Shown piece by piece: positions 11,705 through 24,089 of a stretch of 53,369 nt of DNA. Within the stretch, counting starts at the first letter, position 1; the number at the start of each line of letters is the position of its first letter. The stretch comes from Octopus bimaculoides. Lineage: Eukaryota. Under the pieces are notes generated by a model, which saw only the letters and a list, made by a program, of their open reading frames with translations, did no database searches and had not been told where the DNA came from. The translations under genes and the position numbers were made by a program. The stretch spans positions 188,822,534 to 188,875,902 of the forward strand of contig NC_068982.1 in the NCBI RefSeq assembly GCF_001194135.2, written 5' to 3'.

Positions 11705-12519
11705 CAATTACAGTATGTTATAGTGTTATATGACAGAGGTGCACCAAGCGTAATCAAAATAAGGAAAGGGCAGAAAAAGTGAGCCGGCTTATTATTCCTG
11801 CCAGTGACAAAATAGTCTTGAAGTTACACAGAGCAGAGGAAGATATTCACAGAACACAGAATTCTTCTTCTTTATACAACTGCAATAACTCTAATACCTT
11901 CTCTATCAATGGTGTGCACCTTTCTAAAAGTGCCATCAAGCTAAGGTCTGTCTTGTAAATATCAGAGAAACAAAAAATTTTATAGGGCTTAACTGAAAAG
12001 TCTTTTTAGAATATGATTCTCACTAGCAGTATAGCCTGGCTTTGCCCAGGATTAAGTTAGGATTATTAAGCTAATCAAGTTCTTTATTTCAAACCAAACT
12101 AAGTAACATCGACGTCAAATTTGGGCAGAATCAGAGTCGCGACGGGAGCGAATGGGTTGGGAGTTTGATTGGCAGAGGTGATCAGGTTACACATGCCAGC
12201 TCTTTGAAACCTCCCCCCCCAACATCATCTAACCCCTCTTTGCCAATCACTCTGAGAGAGTAGTGGGTGCTTTTGTTATGTACCACTGGCACGGATGCTA
12301 GTCAAGGCGGCACTGGCATTGACCACGATCGGATGGTGCTTTTTACCTGCCACCGGCACGGAAGCCAGGCAAGGCAGCGCTGGCATCGGCCACGTTCGGA
12401 TGGGGCTTTTTACGTGCCACCGGCACGGGTAACACAACTACAATTTCCATTTGATTTGATTTTGATTTTGATGTACTTGACTCAATAGGTCTCCTCAAGC
12501 ATGGCATGTCACCCTACAA

Positions 12520-13008
12520 TCCTAATAAATACAAACACAGTACAGTACTGCACTGTATAATACATTAATTAAAATATATTAAAAGAAAATATGTAGTGTA
12601 CCGTAGATGGGTAAACAAAGAATCTCACATATTCTATGGAAAACGAAACTGGGGAGGCGAGTGTGTGGTGGTGTTTTGCATTTGTGTGCAAAATTGTGAA
12701 TTTATTTCAAGTCCTACAATGTTGCCCAAACATTCTGCACCTTTTAAGGTTTCTGGCAGTGAACCCAAGTGCCAGAGGAACTTTAGCCATGTCCCTCACC
12801 CGCTAAAATGGAGAAGACACAGGTACACCTAGGAGTGTAGGGAGAGTTTATAAAAGCTTAAATATATAAAAATAAAATTTATATATACAAATTATGAAAA
12901 TAATAATAAAGAATATACAGTACATTACTGTTTCTAATTTGTAGATTTTTACCTATCGTGGAAGGGTTTGGGAACATAACACCTGCAATAGTCAAGGGAT
13001 TAGTGTAG
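12520..13008. mobile_element. Tigger/pogo-like DNA transposon remnant
   Basis: Ends ...gatttttacctatcgtgg...caatagtcaagggattagtg-TA; homologous to 37433-37660. Confidence 0.6.
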
Positions 13009-14198
13009 TAGTGTCTTAGAATATTGCTTAAACAGCAAAGCAATGTCATGACTGATGGAATTTATGGTTTTTGTCTAGCAAATTCCCTCAAGGATTTATT
13101 CTTTGTAAGCCTAGTACTTATTCTATCAATCCCTTTTGCCGAACCGCTAAGATACAGGGTTTGTAAACACGGCAACATCAGTTGTCAAGCGAAGAGAAGG
13201 GGGGAACACGGACATGCAAATACATACATGTACATGTGTATATATANNNNNNNNNNNNNNNNNNNNNNNNNNNNNNNNNNNNNNNNNNNNNNNNNNNNNN
13301 NNNNNNNNNNNNNNNNNNNNNNNNNNNNNNNNNNNNNNNNNNNNNNNNNNNNNNNNNNNNNNNNNNNNNNNNNNNNNNNNNNNNNNNNNNNNNNNNNNNN
13401 NNNNNNNNNNNNNNNNNNNNNNNNNNNNNNNNNNNNNNNNNNNNNNNNNNNNNNNNNNNNNNNNNNNNNNNNNNNNNNNNNNNNNNNNNNNNNNNNNNNN
13501 NNNNNNNNNNNNNNNNNNNNNNNNNNNNNNNNNNNNNNNNNNNNNNNNNNNNNNNNNNNNNNNNNNNNNNNNNNNNNNNNNNNNNNNNNNNNNNNNNNNN
13601 NNNNNNNNNNNNNNNNNNNNNNNNNNNNNNNNNNNNNNNNNNNNNNNNNNNNNNNNNNNNNNNNNNNNNNNNNNNNNNNNNNNNNNNNNNNNNNNNNNNN
13701 NNNNNNNNNNNNNNNNNNNNNNNNNNNNNNNNNNNNNNNNNNNNNNNNNNNNNNNNNNNNNNNNNNNNNNNNNNNNNNNNNNNNNNNNNNNNNNNNNNNN
13801 NNNNNNNNNNNNNNNNNNNNNNNNNNNNNNNNNNNNNNNNNNNNNNNNNNNNNNNNNNNNNNNNNNNNNNNNNNNNNNNNNNNNNNNNNNNNNNNNNNNN
13901 NNNNNNNNNNNNNNNNNNNNGCGTGTGAGTGTGTGTGTGCTTACATGTATAGATATAATTATCCCTGTCTCTCTGAATGTGTGTGTGTAGGTGTTTGCAG
14001 AAATATACAGTACTGTATGTGTGTGTATATGTGTTGAAGTCTTTGTGTATATGAATGTGATTTTGTGAATGTAATTGTGTATGTGTGCAGGAGGCTGTTA
14101 ATGGCTGTTTATAGCCTGTTTGTTTCCGTGTATAATTGCATGTATATGTTGCTGCTTGTGTGTATACACATCTGTGTCTTTCAATGTATATGAACCAG

Positions 14199-14232
<34 letters not shown>

Positions 14233-14944
14233 GTGTGTGAGTATATATATGTATGTATGTTGATGCATGCATACACTTGTGTGTATGACTGCATATATGT
14301 ATATGTGCACATGCGTGTGCATATATGCATGTGTAATACTGCAACAAATTACCAATCTGTTCACGGATGTTGATCCGGAAATGAATGATACGTCCATAAA
14401 TCTTTCTTAATGTGATGGCTGTTTTTGAGTTGTTGTTCCTGGACATCATCATCAACTGCCTGCTCATCATCATCATCATCATCAGCAACTATTATTGCCA
14501 CATTATTATTCAACACCGCCATTGAGAAGAATATCACTATTGTCCCCTTAATAATCATCTTAAATATTGCCGCTGTTCCTCTTTTTCTTTCTTCCACATT
14601 AGTGTCATCACTGGCAGCATTGTTGTCACCACCCTCCCCCACATCGTAATCTTGACAAAGGCCATTGTCATCACGCCACGACTTTATCAACTCTGTCATC
14701 AGCTCCGGCTCACTAAATTACTTTCTCTCTCATTAAGAAATACGATCTAGTGTCGTTGATACTCCACTGATCACTGATGGAGGTGCAATGCTTTAACATG
14801 TCTGCTGTGGTGTCTTGGAGTCAGGAGTCCACTTTTAAGGAAAGGTGTCAGTTTGGTCTTCCATACCTTTTAGGAGATGGCATCATAGGTTTCTTGTTAT
14901 AGTCCTTCATGTTGAACAGCAACTGTCATCTCACTCTGACCCTT

Positions 14945-15343
14945 CCGTCCCTAGAGCAGTGGAAGAATGCTATTTTCTCGGACAAGTCATCCTTTACCTT
15001 ATTTCCGACCACCGGCCAAGTATACGTGTGGAGGCAGCCAAAAGAAGCATTTGACCCAGACTGCTTTCTTCCAACTGTTAAACATGGAGGAGGATCTGTA
15101 ATGATCTGGGGGGAGGGCTATGTCTTGGAAATCCGCCAGCCCAATGGTTTCCCTTCATGGCAGAATTAATAGTCAAGACTATTTAAGCATTTTATCTGAC
15201 CAAATTCATCCTATGGTTGCAGAACTGTTTCCGGAGGGAAACGCAATCTTTCAGGATGATAATGCATCAATTCACACAGCTAAAATTGTTACTGAATGGC
15301 ACGAGGAACATTCTAGTGAAGTTGAACATCTTATCTGGCGACC
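14945..15343 (+). mobile_element. Tc1-like (DD34E-type) transposase catalytic fragment, cut by gap
   Basis: QWKNAIFSDKSSF...TVKHGGGSVMIWG (frameshift) MSWKSASPMVSLHGRINSQDY...IFQDDNASIHTAKIVTEW. Confidence 0.9.
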
Positions 15344-16021
15344 ANNNNNNNNNNNNNNNNNNNNNNNNNNNNNNNNNNNNNNNNNNNNNNNNNNNNNNNN
15401 NNNNNNNNNNNNNNNNNNNNNNNNNNNNNNNNNNNNNNNNNNNNNNNNNNNNNNNNNNNNNNNNNNNNNNNNNNNNNNNNNNNNNNNNNNNNNNNNNNNN
15501 NNNNNNNNNNNNNNNNNNNNNNNNNNNNNNNNNNNNNNNNNNNNNNNNNNNNNNNNNNNNNNNNNNNNNNNNNNNNNNNNNNNNNNNNNNNNNNNNNNNN
15601 NNNNNNNNNNNNNNNNNNNNNNNNNNNNNNNNNNNNNNNNNNNNNNNNNNNNNNNNNNNNNNNNNNNNNNNNNNNNNNNNNNNNNNNNNNNNNNNNNNNN
15701 NNNNNNNNNNNNNNNNNNNNNNNNNNNNNNNNNNNNNNNNNNNNNNNNNNNNNNNNNNNNNNNNNNNNNNNNNNNNNNNNNNNNNNNNNNNNNNNNNNNN
15801 NNNNNNNNNNNNNNNNNNNNNNNNNNNNNNNNNNNNNNNNNNNNNNNNNNNNNNNNNNNNNNNNNNNNNNNNNNNNNNNNNNNNNNNNNNNNNNNNNNNN
15901 NNNNNNNNNNGATGCATACCTCACACATGAATATAACAACTACAAATGGAATTGGAAGACTGGAATAAGCAAAAGTGCTTCAAGAGGATGTAGTATAGAT
16001 TTTAACCCTCACCCTACATAA

Positions 16022-16063
<42 letters not shown>

Positions 16064-16236
16064 TGTATGTGTGTGTGTGTGTATATATGTGTGTGTGCGT
16101 GTGTGTGTTTCCTTGTCTTGAAATTGCATGGTAAGAGTAAATGATAATTGTAGATGTCATGCAGGGTGTGTGTGTGTGTGTGTATGTACACAGAGTGTGT
16201 GTGTGTGTGTACACAGAGTGTGTGTGTGTGTGTGTA

Positions 16237-16793
16237 CACGGAGTGGCTGCTGAAAAATTGAAGAGTTTGAAAAAGTCCTAACTTGTTTGTCTTCAATCTT
16301 TTTAATTTTCTCTTTTCTTTTTGCGTGTTCTACAGCATCCGTTGCAGATTAAAATGGCTGCGTATGATATCCAGCAACAAGTAAAACTCTTGGAATTTTT
16401 TCTATTCCAGTGAAAAGATCAATTATTCAAACTCAGAGAAAATACAGACAGCATTTTACTGTCACATCATCTCCTAGCAACAACATGATTCAGAACCTAA
16501 TCACCCAGTCTGAAAGAACTCAATCAGTTGGTGATCTTCCAGGAAGAGGTCCTAAGCACACTGTGCACACAGACGTGATGGGGGAAGCTGTACGGCAGAG
16601 TGTCCTTAAGAGGATTCATCAGCCTCAACCTTTCATTGCTCTGCTCAACTAAGCATTGCCAGAACATTGCTTTAGGAGATTCTGAAACTGGATTTAAAAG
16701 TGTTTCTATCCAAATAAAATAATTAAAAAAAACCCATGTGTTTGTAAAAGTTATTTTTGTTTTATATCATTCAGTGTTTCTGTGGCCACCCTG
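16237..16793 (+). mobile_element. Mariner-like deletion derivative (HTH/DUF4817-like N-terminus)
   Basis: TA-flanked, degenerate CAGGGTGGCC-type TIRs; MAAYDIQQQVKLL...SIIQTQRKYRQHF...SPSNNMIQNLITQSERTQSVGDLPGRGP. Confidence 0.75.
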
Positions 16794-17322
16794 TATAAAT
16801 ATATTCACATACACAAATGCAAGAATGTACATACGCAAACCCACATCCACACATTCATACATCTGTGTATGTGCACCACACACACACACACTCTCTCTCT
16901 CTCTCAAATCATACCTCTGCTGCACCCAGACACTTAGATGACACCAGCTTCCAGTCCAGCCATGCAATCAAAGAAATTCCCCTATTAAAGAACTACTGTT
17001 ACTGAACAACCGACATTACTCTGACAACACCATGTGACCCACCTCGACCAATAGAAGCCTATTTCCTGATAGCAGTCTTGAACTTCTGGTGTTTCTCCAT
17101 TCAATAATCTAAACCTGAAAGGGACAGGCTTCTGGCAGAGACCCGTGAAACTTTTAGTCGCACAGAGCCAAATCAAACTGTTTCACCTAATAATAATAAT
17201 AATAATATATATCGTTATTATTATTATTAGGTGCAGATGTGGCTGTGTGGTAAAAAGTTTGCTTACCAACCATTTGGTGCCACGTTCAGTGAATTTGGTA
17301 GACAGAAACTGAAAGATGCCCG

Positions 17323-17361
<39 letters not shown>

Positions 17362-17362
<1 letters not shown>

Positions 17363-17545
17363 GTGACACGTAAAAGCACCCACTACACTCTCTGAGTGGT
17401 TGGCGTTAGGAAGGGCATCCAGCTGTAGAAACTCTGCCAAATTAGACTGGAGCCTGGTGTTGCCATCCGGTTTCACCAGTCCTCAGTCAAATCGTCCAAC
17501 CCATGCTAGCATGGAAAGCGGACGTTAAACGATGATGATGATGAT
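17362..17545 (+). mobile_element. Young RTE 3'-UTR copy with (GAT)n tail
   Basis: Nearly identical to 31868-32055; an opposite-orientation copy lies at 8158-8420. Confidence 0.8.
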
Positions 17546-18157
17546 ATATGTATGTATATCTATGTGTGTGTGTGTGTCTTTCTGTCTGTTTGTCCCCCCA
17601 TCACAACTGGTGTTGGTGTGTTTATGTCCCCATAAATTAGTAGTTCAGCGAAAGGAGAATGATGGAGTAAGCCCTAGGTTTAAAAAATAAGTCCTGGGGT
17701 AGATTTGTTTGACTAAAACCCTCAAGGCGGTGCTCCAGCATGGCCACAGTCAAACGACTGAAACAAGTAAAAGAATAACAGTGTTGCATGTCCGGTCCTC
17801 CGTGATGTGTCGGGTGATGTGATGTGCTTGAGAAGACCTGTTGGGTCAAGTAAAACCAAAATCGTAGCCGTGGTCAGTGCCTCTTGACTGACTCTCATGC
17901 CGGTGGCACATAAAAAGCACCATCTGAATGTGGTTGATGCCAGGTCTGCCTGACTGGCCCTCGTGCCGGGGGCACATAACAAGTACCCACTACACACTCA
18001 GAGTGGTTGGCATTAGGAAGGGCATCCAGCTGTAGAAACACTGCCAGATCAGATTGGAGCCTGGTGCAGTTGCTGGCTCTCCAGACCTCAGCCAAACCGT
18101 CCAACCCATGCCAGCATTGAAAACAGATGTTAAACAATGATGATGATGATATATATA

Positions 18158-18188
<31 letters not shown>

Positions 18189-18194
18189 TGGTTA

Positions 18195-18460
18195 GTGCAG
18201 AAACCACCAGTAGTTGAATATCAAGTGAGAGTTAATGAGTACAGCAATGAAATTAGTATGCAGCTAGGTGTTCATTGGGGTTCAGTTATCAGTCCACTCC
18301 TATTTATGATAGTCCTCCCAGTCATAAGAGAGGAATTTAAGACAGGTTGCCCATGGGAACTCCTCTAGGCTGATGACTTCACTCCTATAGCTGAAACAGT
18401 AGTAGAATTGAAAATGAAATTCCAGATGTGGAAGCAAAACCTGGAATAAGATATTGTAGC
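18195..18460 (+). mobile_element. RTE LINE reverse-transcriptase fragment
   Basis: VRVNEYSNEISMQLGVHWGSVISPLLFMIVL...EFKTGCPWELL*ADD...FQMWKQNLE (GVxQGSxxSPLLF and YADD motifs, decayed). Confidence 0.88.
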
Positions 18461-19815
18461 AGACAAGAATATGTAAATGCATTTAAACAGCATGTGTCTC
18501 TATGAGAGGACTTTTGAAGAAGAATGCCGCAGTATTTGGCATTCTAACAATATCATCATCATCATCATCATTTAACGCCCACTTTCCATGCTAGTATGGG
18601 TTGGACAATTTGACTAGGGACTGGCGAAGCGGATGGCTACACCAGACTCCAATGTGATCTGGCAAAGCCTCTACAGCTGGCTGCCCTTCCTAATGCCAAC
18701 CACTCCGAGAGTGTAGCAGGTGCTTTTTATGTGCCACCGGATCAAAGGCCAGTCTGGCGGTACAGGCAATGGCTACACTCAAATGGTGTTTTTTTACGTG
18801 CCACCTGCACAGGAGTCAGTCCAATGTTTTGTTCACATGCCACCGGCACGAGTACCAGTAAAGCAAAGCTGGAAACAATTCGCGCTCAAATGGTGCTTTT
18901 TACGTGCCACCGGCTGCTCTGGCAGTGATCCCGCTCAGATGGTGCTGTTAGCGCTCCACTGGCACAGGTGCCAGTCATCAATATGTCTACTTTGAATGTG
19001 ATATAAAGATTGCCTTTTATATATGTGTATGTGCGAGTGTGTGTCAATGAATAATAAATACATATGTGTGTGTATGTGTGCATATGGTTTGATTTGCTTC
19101 TTTGCTATATCTCCATCACCAATATTCTCCCAGTTCTATTTACGCTCCAACTTTTTTTTTTCTTTATCATTTAATTATTCCAATGCCAATCCCATACTTA
19201 AGCTTGCAACAAAAATGACAAGTCTCTGTCTTTAAAACATAAACCTTATGTTTCCGTCTGTCAAACAAATTAGAATGCAGCTCTGAGCCAACGCTGATAA
19301 GTGGGACATTGTGAATGAACTGTGCGAGTTGAAATTATCAAAAGTTAACATATTTATAATGTTTTCTGGACATCTTTCTCTCTGTCAAAGAATGCACAAT
19401 GCAATTTATGCTTTAATCCTCTGGAAATTACAGAAGAATTTTATGTGGAAGGACTTTTTTTATATTGACATTGCTTATCTGGAGATTTTTCTCTTTCTTT
19501 TTGTTTTTTTTTAAGAAACATACAAGATTTTTTGATTTGATAGGGAAAACCTTAATATATATTCATGAATATCATCCCTGAAGCTCAGTGGTGAGACTGT
19601 TAGACTTGGTTCCTTAAGGTGCCGTATCTGAGTCTTGTAAATAAATCAAGGATCTCCACATGCACAGCTGTAAGTTCAAGAAGTTTGCTTCCCATGCCCA
19701 CAATTCCAAGTTCAATCTCACTGCATTGCACCTTGGGCAAGTGTCTTCTGCTATAGTCTCAGGCCGACCAAAGCCTTGTAAGTGGATTTTGTAGGTAGAA
19801 ACTGAAAGAAGCCCA

Positions 19816-19898
<83 letters not shown>

Positions 19899-20585
19899 GG
19901 CATAGGAGTGGCTGCGTAGTAAGTAGCTTGCTTACCAACCACATGGTTCCAGGTTCAGTTTCACTGCATTGCACCTTAGGCAAGTGTCTTCTGCTATAGC
20001 TTCAGGCCAACCAAAGCCTCATAGAGTGGATTTTGTAGGTAGAAACTGAAAGAAGCCCATCGTGTATATACCTTCTTTGGTAAATTGATATGTTGGTTGT
20101 CTTTATTTTTTGTGTATTCACTGTATTCATCATCATCATTTTTTAACGTCCGCTTTCCATGCTTGTATGGGTTGGACACAGTCTGGCTGGGGACTGGCAA
20201 GCCAGGAGGCTGCACCAGGCTCCAATCTGATCTGGCAAAGTTTCTACAGCTGGATGCCCTTCCTAACACCAACCACTCCGAGAGTGTAGTGGGTGCTTTT
20301 TATGTGCCATCGGCACGAGGGCCAGTTAGCCAGCACTGGCATTGGCCATGTTCAGATGGTGCCTTTTACGTGCCACTGGCACAGGAGCCAGTCAGGGCGG
20401 GGGAGGCTGGCATCGACCACGTTTGAATGGTGCCTTTTACATACCATTGGCATGGGGAGCCAGTCAGGCAGCACTGCTCTAGTCCACTGTATTGTATTGA
20501 ACAAAATGGTTATGCGGCCTGTGCTCATTATTCTCTCAGTTGTCTGGCCCATCGTGAAAAAAGTTTGGTGACCCCTGGTGTAGAC

Positions 20586-20853
20586 CAATGGTTCACAATT
20601 ATTTATTTTACCTGTGAACCTCTTTGGTTCCTATTTTGCCCTACTGGATTCCAATATTTTGCCCTACTGGATTGAAGTTTGAAAAAAAAAAACTCATCAT
20701 ATTTTTCTAATTAAATATTAGAAATTGCAAAAAAACATTGTTGAAATATTTTGTTTATTGCAGAACTAAAACCAGTTTATTGGACATAATTTTTAACAAC
20801 TAAATCTTATAGGGACACCGAAGAGTCATATGGACCCTAGTTGAGAACCACTG
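20586..20853. mobile_element. hAT (Charlie-like) MITE
   Basis: Termini CAATGGTTCACAAT / GTTGAGAACCACTG; 8-bp TSD GTGTAGAC/GTATAGAC. Confidence 0.8.
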
Positions 20854-21239
20854 GTATAGACCATCATCCTCATCATCTGGATGGTTTGACAGGATCTGAA
20901 AAATTACAGGATTGCACCAAGCGCCCAATGTTGGCTTTGGAATTGTTTCTATGATTGGACGTCCTTCCTGATGCCAACCACTTTATAATTCATAAATGTG
21001 TGTAGATATCTTTGTTTACGTCCGTCTTTAATTGCATTCACTGAAGTAAACCGGGTGTTTATATCATATTCCTTTACGTAAAAGGTAACTTAGAATTTTG
21101 ATAGAGATTGATGAAAATAAGAAGTAGGGTTTGATCTAATTGGCTAAAACTCTTCAAAAGACATGCCCCAGCATGGCCACAGTGAATGGATAAAACCAGT
21201 AAAAGAATAAAAAAATTTCAGTTAAGAGGAAGAACTTAC

Positions 21240-21291
21240 CATAAGCTTCATTGTCTGCAGACATATCACTTTGAGGCCAATAATAAGGGCA
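21240..21291 (-). CDS. R7-family RGS protein, short DHEX-start exon
   Basis: gtttttcag|TGC CCT TAT TAT TGG CCT...GCT TAT G|gtaagt; 52 nt, phase 0 to 1; CPYYWPQSDMSADNEAY, corresponding to TPYFWPSNCWEPENTDY. Missed by the ORF track because it is short. Confidence 0.88.
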
Positions 21292-21696
21292 CTGAAAAAC
21301 AATTAGAAAATCATTTGTTAATTAGTTTAGTGAATGATTACAACATACAGTCATTCTTATACGTGCACACACAGTTGCATGAATGCGTGTGTGTATAGGA
21401 GTGTGTGTGTGTGTGTGGAGGAATTTGGTTTGGGGGTTAGAGGTGTTTCCATAGCAAGGTTGTGTGTTTGATTCCCAGCAGCACATTCAGTTCCTTACCA
21501 AGACCCATTCTTTCACATTGCTCCACTCCACTCCACTCAGGTGGCAAAAATGAGTTGTACCTGTAATTCAATGGAGGCCAGCCTTGTCACATTCTGTGAC
21601 ATGCTAAATCTCCCTGAGAACTACGTTAAGGGTACACATGTCTGTGGAGTACTCAGCCACTTGCATGTTAATTCCACAAGCAGCCTGTTCCATTGA

Positions 21697-23925
21697 TATA
21701 TAGCTCTTGATGTGTTTGAGGAAGGGTTTCAGTAGAGTGTCCAGGAAAATGCTGAGGCGGTGGGTTTCGCATGCTGGACCTGCTATTATTGGTCTTAGTT
21801 TCAGGTCATCAGGTGAGGGGACCTTGATGATTATATCTGTAGCTTCTTTGCATGCCTCGTTTATTTTTCTGCTTCTGTGAATAAACTTGATTTACACTTG
21901 AAATTGGTAATGTAATCGTATTCCTTGTCTGTGAATCCTTCTTGGTTTGAGTTGATTAATGTCCTGAGATTATTCATTATTTTCTGCTGACTATAGTGTT
22001 GGGCCCTTTCGTAATATGTCTCATCCCCTAATAGAGATGGCACTAGATTTTCATAGTCCCTCGTGTTCATTAGAACTACTGCGTTATCTTTATCTGCCTC
22101 TTTGATTGTTATGGTTTTATCTTCTTTTAGATCGTTAAGATCATTCCATTCTCTTTTGTTGAAGTTTGGTCTGTATTTTTGGTTTATTTGTGAACTGAAT
22201 AGGTCGAGGGTTTCATTCTTTCCTTTGGTTAAGGTGTAGTTACTGCTAGTTCTAGTTATTGGGTCGTCGTCAATGTGTTTCTCATAAAATTCCTTGGCGA
22301 GTCTCAATTTTCTACAAAATTCAGAAACATTGTCTTTCATTTGATGGTAATTTGGTCGTTGCGGGGTTGGTGTAAATTTGATCCCTTTGCATAGTATGCT
22401 TATCTGGTTGGGTGTTAGTTCTTTACTAGAGATATTTACTATTTTAATTACCTGTGGCTTCTCTGGTATGTCTGGTGCCATCCTGTATCCCTGTTCCTGT
22501 GTACTGGGTCTAAAAAATGATTGTAGTGGTCGGGTTTGACAGTGTTGTTTATTTGTCCCCTGTTATAATTTTTATAGTGGGTTAGTGATGTGCTATTTTG
22601 TATTGTGCTTTTGAACCTCATATTCTGTCTTTGTGTTTCAGGTATGTTATGTCGATAGTTGTTTCTTCTGTAGAGGGTTTGTTGTTTGTTATGGCTGCAT
22701 GGTGGGTCCCTAGAGTATAGGCTTCATTGGTGTGTTTTAGTTGGGTTACGTAGATTGCGACACCTAAAATAGTGTGGTGTATCCCTGTAGGTGTTTTGTA
22801 GTATGAGGTATGTTCAAAATGTCTTTCTCGAGAAGGAAGTAGGTTCGGTTATCTTGGTGGTTTGTTCAGTTGGAAATGTGCTCGTTTTTGAAGTTGGTTT
22901 CACAAGTCAAAAACCAGTTAACACTCTTTTCCTACCGTTGGAGGGATTTTAGTTCCTCTTTTTCGCACTCCTCTTTCCATAATTTTAGCATTGTTTCTGT
23001 GTTGGGGGCCTTGTGTTTGTTTGTTGAGTTCCTTGTTGATTTCTTTGTCAATGGTTTTTACTTTTTCTTCATTTGTTTCTGCCTTTAGTTTCAGTAGTTC
23101 CATTTCCATCTTCATTTATTCTAGAGTCATTCTTTCTCGAAGTTTCCTTTGTGCTTCTGGTTATTCCAGAAAGGGTTTTATTCATAATTTGTGGGGTACA
23201 ATTAAGGGTGTAGAGTTAAGCCATTTTTGATATATCTCCTCTTTGTTGTGGTTTTGCATCATTTTCCAAAATGCAAATTTTCTGTTTCTCAGAAGTTTTC
23301 TCCATTGCGGTACCACGTGGTTTTTTATTTGGAATGTTGATGTGACGGTGTTCAGCCCATGTGATTCCTCGTTTTGTTCTCCTTGTTTTGAAATGTTAGA
23401 AAAGAATGTTTTAATTGTTTCACATAAATTTCCAAGGTTCTCATATATTTTGGTGGATGTTTTCCTCGTTGCGGTTTCTTCATTGTTTTGTGTCGATGAA
23501 TGAGATGTTGAGTCAAACTCCAACCTAATAACAGTCACAAACAAGATAATATTCTTCAGTTCTTTTAGAATCTCTTCATTTGTAGAGATGATATTTGTGT
23601 CTGTATTAGTAGGCATTTTCGGTAGCTCGTGTGGGGTATAATATTTAAAAATGTAGAGGTAACACACAAGTAAATAGGTATTTATGAAAAAGAGAACAAA
23701 AATGCTACTTTTATTAAAAACAGTTGTGACCACACTAGCTAATTTATCATCACAGGCAGCAGCTGAAGTTGCTACTAGCAACCATGTACTCTTGCAGAAA
23801 AAGTACACTATGAATGTTTATTTTATTAATAATTTTATTAATAATTACTTTTCTCTACATATTTCATTTAAGTGCATTGTTTTGATAAGGTTTTCCAACA
23901 ACCGAAACATGTAAAACAAAAACAT
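21697..23925 (-). mobile_element. Penelope-like element, long N-terminal ORF into start of RT, 3'-truncated and frameshifted
   Basis: ATG at 23616 (MPTNTDTN...); VNISSKELTPNQISILCKGIKFTPTP; LNDLKEDKTITIKEADKDNAVVLMN.DY; after a deletion KLRPIIAGPACETHRLSIFLDTLLKPFLKHIKSYI. All are typical PLE pre-RT/RT motifs. Confidence 0.88.
23877..23919 (+). ncRNA. Decayed minimal hammerhead motif at PLE 5' end, antisense to the PLE ORF
   Basis: TTGTTT-[C missing]TGATAA-GGTT-ttccaac-AACC-GAAACATGT-A-AAACAA: 6-bp helix I, 4-bp helix II, ACATGT palindrome; C3 lost and G8 changed to A. Confidence 0.55.
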
Positions 23926-23998
23926 TTCTTTAATGTATTTATATAAAGAAATTTAAATGAACCTAATTTAAAAAAGTATCATTTTCACTCTTTTTTTC

Positions 23999-24089
<91 letters not shown>

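Noticed and set aside
12020-12055. Helitron-like 5' start ACTAGCAGTATAGCCTGGCTTTGCCCAGG
   Set aside because: No matching 3' hairpin/CTAG end identified; too little evidence.
14350-14420. Candidate next RGS exon (AITLRKIYGRII...)
   Set aside because: No polypyrimidine tract and no real similarity to the expected DHEX sequence.
15920-15960. 40-nt AG/GT-bounded segment on minus
   Set aside because: Stop codon in the required phase.
13024-15968. Long ORFs in the track (337, 436, 282 aa etc.; also 25576-26472, 29114-30779)
   Set aside because: They are open only because they run through N gaps or dinucleotide repeats; only the Tc1 part is real coding relic.
17060-17110. Candidate exon after cctttcag (FRLLNGETPEVQD...)
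   Set aside because: Open only in phase 2; stop in the required phase 1; no RGS similarity.
21800-21830. CTGATGA-cct-GAAAC on minus, hammerhead look-alike
   Set aside because: No helix II; it is coding sequence (PDDLKLRP) of the PLE RT.
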